From: Dipteris shenzhenensis
Lineage: Eukaryota
Strand: one strand, 5' to 3'
NCBI GenBank assembly: GCA_047967505.1
Contig: CM106538.1
DNA: 64,000 nt
The notes below the pieces were generated by a model, which worked only from the letters and a program-made list of their open reading frames with translations, ran no database searches and was not told the DNA's origin. Both the position numbers and the translations under genes were made by a program. Of this stretch, positions 61,022-64,000 are shown in pieces (the first letter of the stretch is position 1; each line of letters begins with the position of its first letter).

Positions 61022-64000
61022 TGTAATGAAGGTGGGAAAAAGATGGATTTAAGGGGAAAATAGATGGGAGAATAGTAGGGAAATGTGGGAACTGTGGGGG
61101 GACTATATAAGTCAACCCAAAAGGATTGTAAGGGGCTATTGATTTGACGTCTAATCCACTTCTCCTTGCTTCCTTCATCACTTGTGTACTTCCATTCTTG
61201 TTCTCTCTACTTCCCTCCCCTATTCCTTCTCTATCTCCCCCTGCCTTCCGTGGCTTTCTCTCACTTCCCCATTCACCTTCACTACATTGGTATCAGAGCA
61301 CGAATCTGGCACCTCTTGCTTCCATTCCGATTCATAAATCAGCCTGTTCGTCATGCTAAAAGAGGTCGTCGCTAGTTTTTGTGACTGGCGGCAACCAGCT
61401 TCTACACTATAGTATCGTTCACTTGTGGGCGGACATCTTGATGGAAGGATGGATTCCTTCGGCCTGGTTCACGAACGCCTAAGCAATGCTACCCGTCAGA
61501 GCTGGCTACCACAATGGGAGCATAGAACTGTCCGACCAAAGCAATTCCACGTTGACTGATATTCGGATGCTCCTACGTCTGGTTTTAGACTACGTCGCTT
61601 GGCAGCTTCCGACCTGCTCAGGACACGGCACCTTTCCTAAGACCCTTTCGTGCAGACATGCAACCTAGGACGTGCAGACGTGCTCGAAGCCCACGCCATG
61701 AGCTAGCCGTCGCGACAGTCCCCCGTTGCCTTCAATGATCCTGTCCTCGACGTCTATCCATCTGCCTCCGTCGATCGATTCGTTGTCCTCCTCCTCCTCC
61801 CGAGATTTTTTTCATCTGTCCATCTGCCTCCGTCGACAACTGACCCGTCGTCCTCCTCCCATGACTTGTCGCCGCGCCGCATTTCTGCTCAGCCCGCTAC
61901 GTCGCCTCGCCGCTGCTGCCCGCCTTTCTTTTCCTTATCTACCTTAGACTTTAGTCTAAGGTCTTAACTAGGGTTAGTCCAGGTCACGTTAGGTTAGTAG
62001 GTATGGTTAGCTAAGGTTTAGTTAGTTTGGGTCTAGGTTAGGTTAGTGCTAACTAAGGTTAAAGGTTGGGTTAGGTTGGCCTAAGACACTGTCCTAACAG
62101 TCCTAAAGGTCTTGAGCTGTACTTAAAAAAAAAAAAAAAAAAACCTCATTTAGGGTACTCCTACAGCCCTATTCTGGGCCTTTCTTAGCCACCTTCATGG
62201 CTCATTTTGAGCCCCGTTTCCAGCCCTTCTTCACCGAGCTTTCTTCGAACCTCTTCAATGACTGCTACTGACACCTCTTCAGCCTCTACATCGAGCCTTC
62301 GACACTTGGCACATTTTCCTCGTGTCATTCATGGCACCCAGGCGTGCACCCCGGTCGGATGAGTCATCTCAGCACGGTGACGATGTTGCTCAGCAGGAGC
62401 AGATGCCGGTCACAGAGGGTGCATCTCCTTCACAGCCAGTTTCTGCTATGCTTACCGACACACAATTTCTAGATGCATTGGACTTGATGCTTCAGGGGGC
62501 TTTTCAGCAGATGGGTCAGCAGTTGGGGCAGCAGCTCACCACTGCTATGGCTATGCACGATATAGCTATCACCCAGATGGGTAAGAACATTGGGCAACAG
62601 ATCACTACCGCCATCAGTATGCACGATAAGGGTAAGCAGCCCGCACCCCAGCACGGGGATCAGTCGGATAGCCAGGGTGATTTTCTTGACCCACACAAGG
62701 GATTTATGGCTGATGGCCGTCGCACTTATGATGTTGGTTCTATGCATGCACCCCAGCATGGGGATTATGTTGATTCTGGTGATGCCTTGCCCGTGCCGCC
62801 GAGCACTTCTCTTATTGATTCCAGGCCTCCATTTGGCTCGCATATTTCATTGGCTGAGCCGTCCATTTTGGGCCGGCCCATTGGCACATTTTTGCCAACG
62901 GCGAGCATGCCTGGATTGGGTGTTGGGTTTCAGGGCAGTTGGGAGAGGGGCGAGTCCTCTTCTCAACCTTTTTCTATGCCACCCACCCATCGAGATGTTT
63001 ATGGCAGGCAGACTCAGCAGGGATTGCATGCTTCGATGACACCTCCTGTTAATACATTCAGTCAGACTCAGCCTGCGTATCAGGGAGGTAATGCTTTCAG
63101 TCAGACGCACTTTATGCATCAGGGGAGTGGTTCTCCTAACCAGCATGATGCTGGAAGTGGGCAGCATGCAAACATGGATGATATGCTTTCAGATGCCTTA
63201 TGTTCATATAGGGCATTGCCTGAGGATGTTCGTAATGAGATGCCCTTTTCACAGTATGTGAGCTTCAAGCGTGAGTATGCTGGTAGTCACTATAGGAATA
63301 ACGCAGCCAAAGATGTGAAAGATAAAATCTCTGTGCATAAGTTTAAGGGTGACACTCGCACTCCCAATGAGTTGGAGGAGTGGCTCACGAAGCTTGAAGA
63401 TTATTTCCGCTTCTACCCTAAGAATGATGAGGAGAGGATCATTTTTGTTGGCATGCATTTACAGGATTATGCACATACATGGTGGCGTTACATGCGAGAG
63501 TCACCTCAGAAGCCTACCACCTGGAAACAGTTCAAGGAGCTTATGGTCACGACCTTCGTCTCGGCCCTGATCCTTGAACAGTACCTTGCTGAATTCTATG
63601 CACTGTCACAGACAGGTACGGTCCAGGAGTACTTGCAGCGTTTTTGGAGACTTTCTTTGTTTGTACAGGATATTTCTGAGAAAGGGAAGTTGCTGCGTTT
63701 TATACAAGGCTTAGATCCCTCTCTAGCTGCTGATGTGAGAGCTCACAATCCTCTAACCATTGAGCGAGCAGCCCAGCTTGCTGAGGTGTTTGAGCCAAAA
63801 TATGCTGGCAAGTACAAGCATGTGTCACATAGCTTCTATGGTACTGCTTATGATGCTGACAGGAAGACAAATTCTGCTGATTGGATTGATAAGAAACCAG
63901 CAGCTGCTTCCTTCCCACGATATCCAACGGTTTCTGGAAGTAAGATGCCATATGCAAAGCCATACAGGCCCATGGATGCAAAGACAGGTGTCAAAACCAG
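61022..64000 (+). mobile_element. Ty3/gypsy element (5' LTR 61022-61286, PBS 61288-61299), continuing beyond the window
   Basis: LTR termini tgtaatgaaggtg / caccttcactaca form a 12/13 inverted repeat; TATATAA at ~61104; iMet PBS; gag ORF downstream. Confidence 0.88.
62331..64000 (+). CDS. Gypsy gag ORF, open to the window end (at least 556 codons; absent from the supplied ORF track)
   Basis: Manual translation from MAPRRAP found no stop. Gag core: KFKGDTRTPNELEEWLTKLEDYF..HTWWRY..TTWKQFKELM..LSQTGTVQEYLQRF..RFIQGL. Confidence 0.9.
   Translation, partial: MAPRRAPRSDESSQHGDDVAQQEQMPVTEGASPSQPVSAMLTDTQFLDALDLMLQGAFQQMGQQLGQQLTTAMAMHDIAITQMGKNIGQQITTAISMHDKGKQPAPQHGDQSDSQGDFLDPHKGFMADGRRTYDVGSMHAPQHGDYVDSGDALPVPPSTSLIDSRPPFGSHISLAEPSILGRPIGTFLPTASMPGLGVGFQGSWERGESSSQPFSMPPTHRDVYGRQTQQGLHASMTPPVNTFSQTQPAYQGGNAFSQTHFMHQGSGSPNQHDAGSGQHANMDDMLSDALCSYRALPEDVRNEMPFSQYVSFKREYAGSHYRNNAAKDVKDKISVHKFKGDTRTPNELEEWLTKLEDYFRFYPKNDEERIIFVGMHLQDYAHTWWRYMRESPQKPTTWKQFKELMVTTFVSALILEQYLAEFYALSQTGTVQEYLQRFWRLSLFVQDISEKGKLLRFIQGLDPSLAADVRAHNPLTIERAAQLAEVFEPKYAGKYKHVSHSFYGTAYDADRKTNSADWIDKKPAAASFPRYPTVSGSKMPYAKPYRPMDAKTGVKT

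Overview
Land-plant nuclear DNA dominated by nested LTR retrotransposons; a large-genome non-seed plant such as a fern is plausible, but that is inference. Host genes are an intronless F-box gene on the minus strand with a single 1-nt frameshift (17104-15864), the first five exons of a plastid Fe-superoxide dismutase gene (56570-57844), and an isolated degenerate glutamyl-tRNA reductase exon. The SOD gene's fifth intron is filled by nested LTR elements, including a Ty3/gypsy with an open gag ORF. At least five Ty1/copia insertions and two solo-type LTRs can be delimited by LTRs, primer-binding sites (PBS), polypurine tracts (PPT) and target-site duplications (TSD). Most interesting: (1) a copia element whose 5' leader carries sense-oriented fragments of two unrelated host genes (DUF868 and beta-tubulin); (2) an ~11 kb inversion reconstructed from a split copia insertion, its TSD and a tandem-repeat empty site; (3) a GTACT cluster, a palindromic ACGT array and a tRNA-like Pol III head upstream of the Fe-SOD; (4) a very young copia disabled by one TGG>TGA change; (5) long foldback palindromes and a modular repeat with exon-like pieces. 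All alignments and translations were done by eye, with no database searches.
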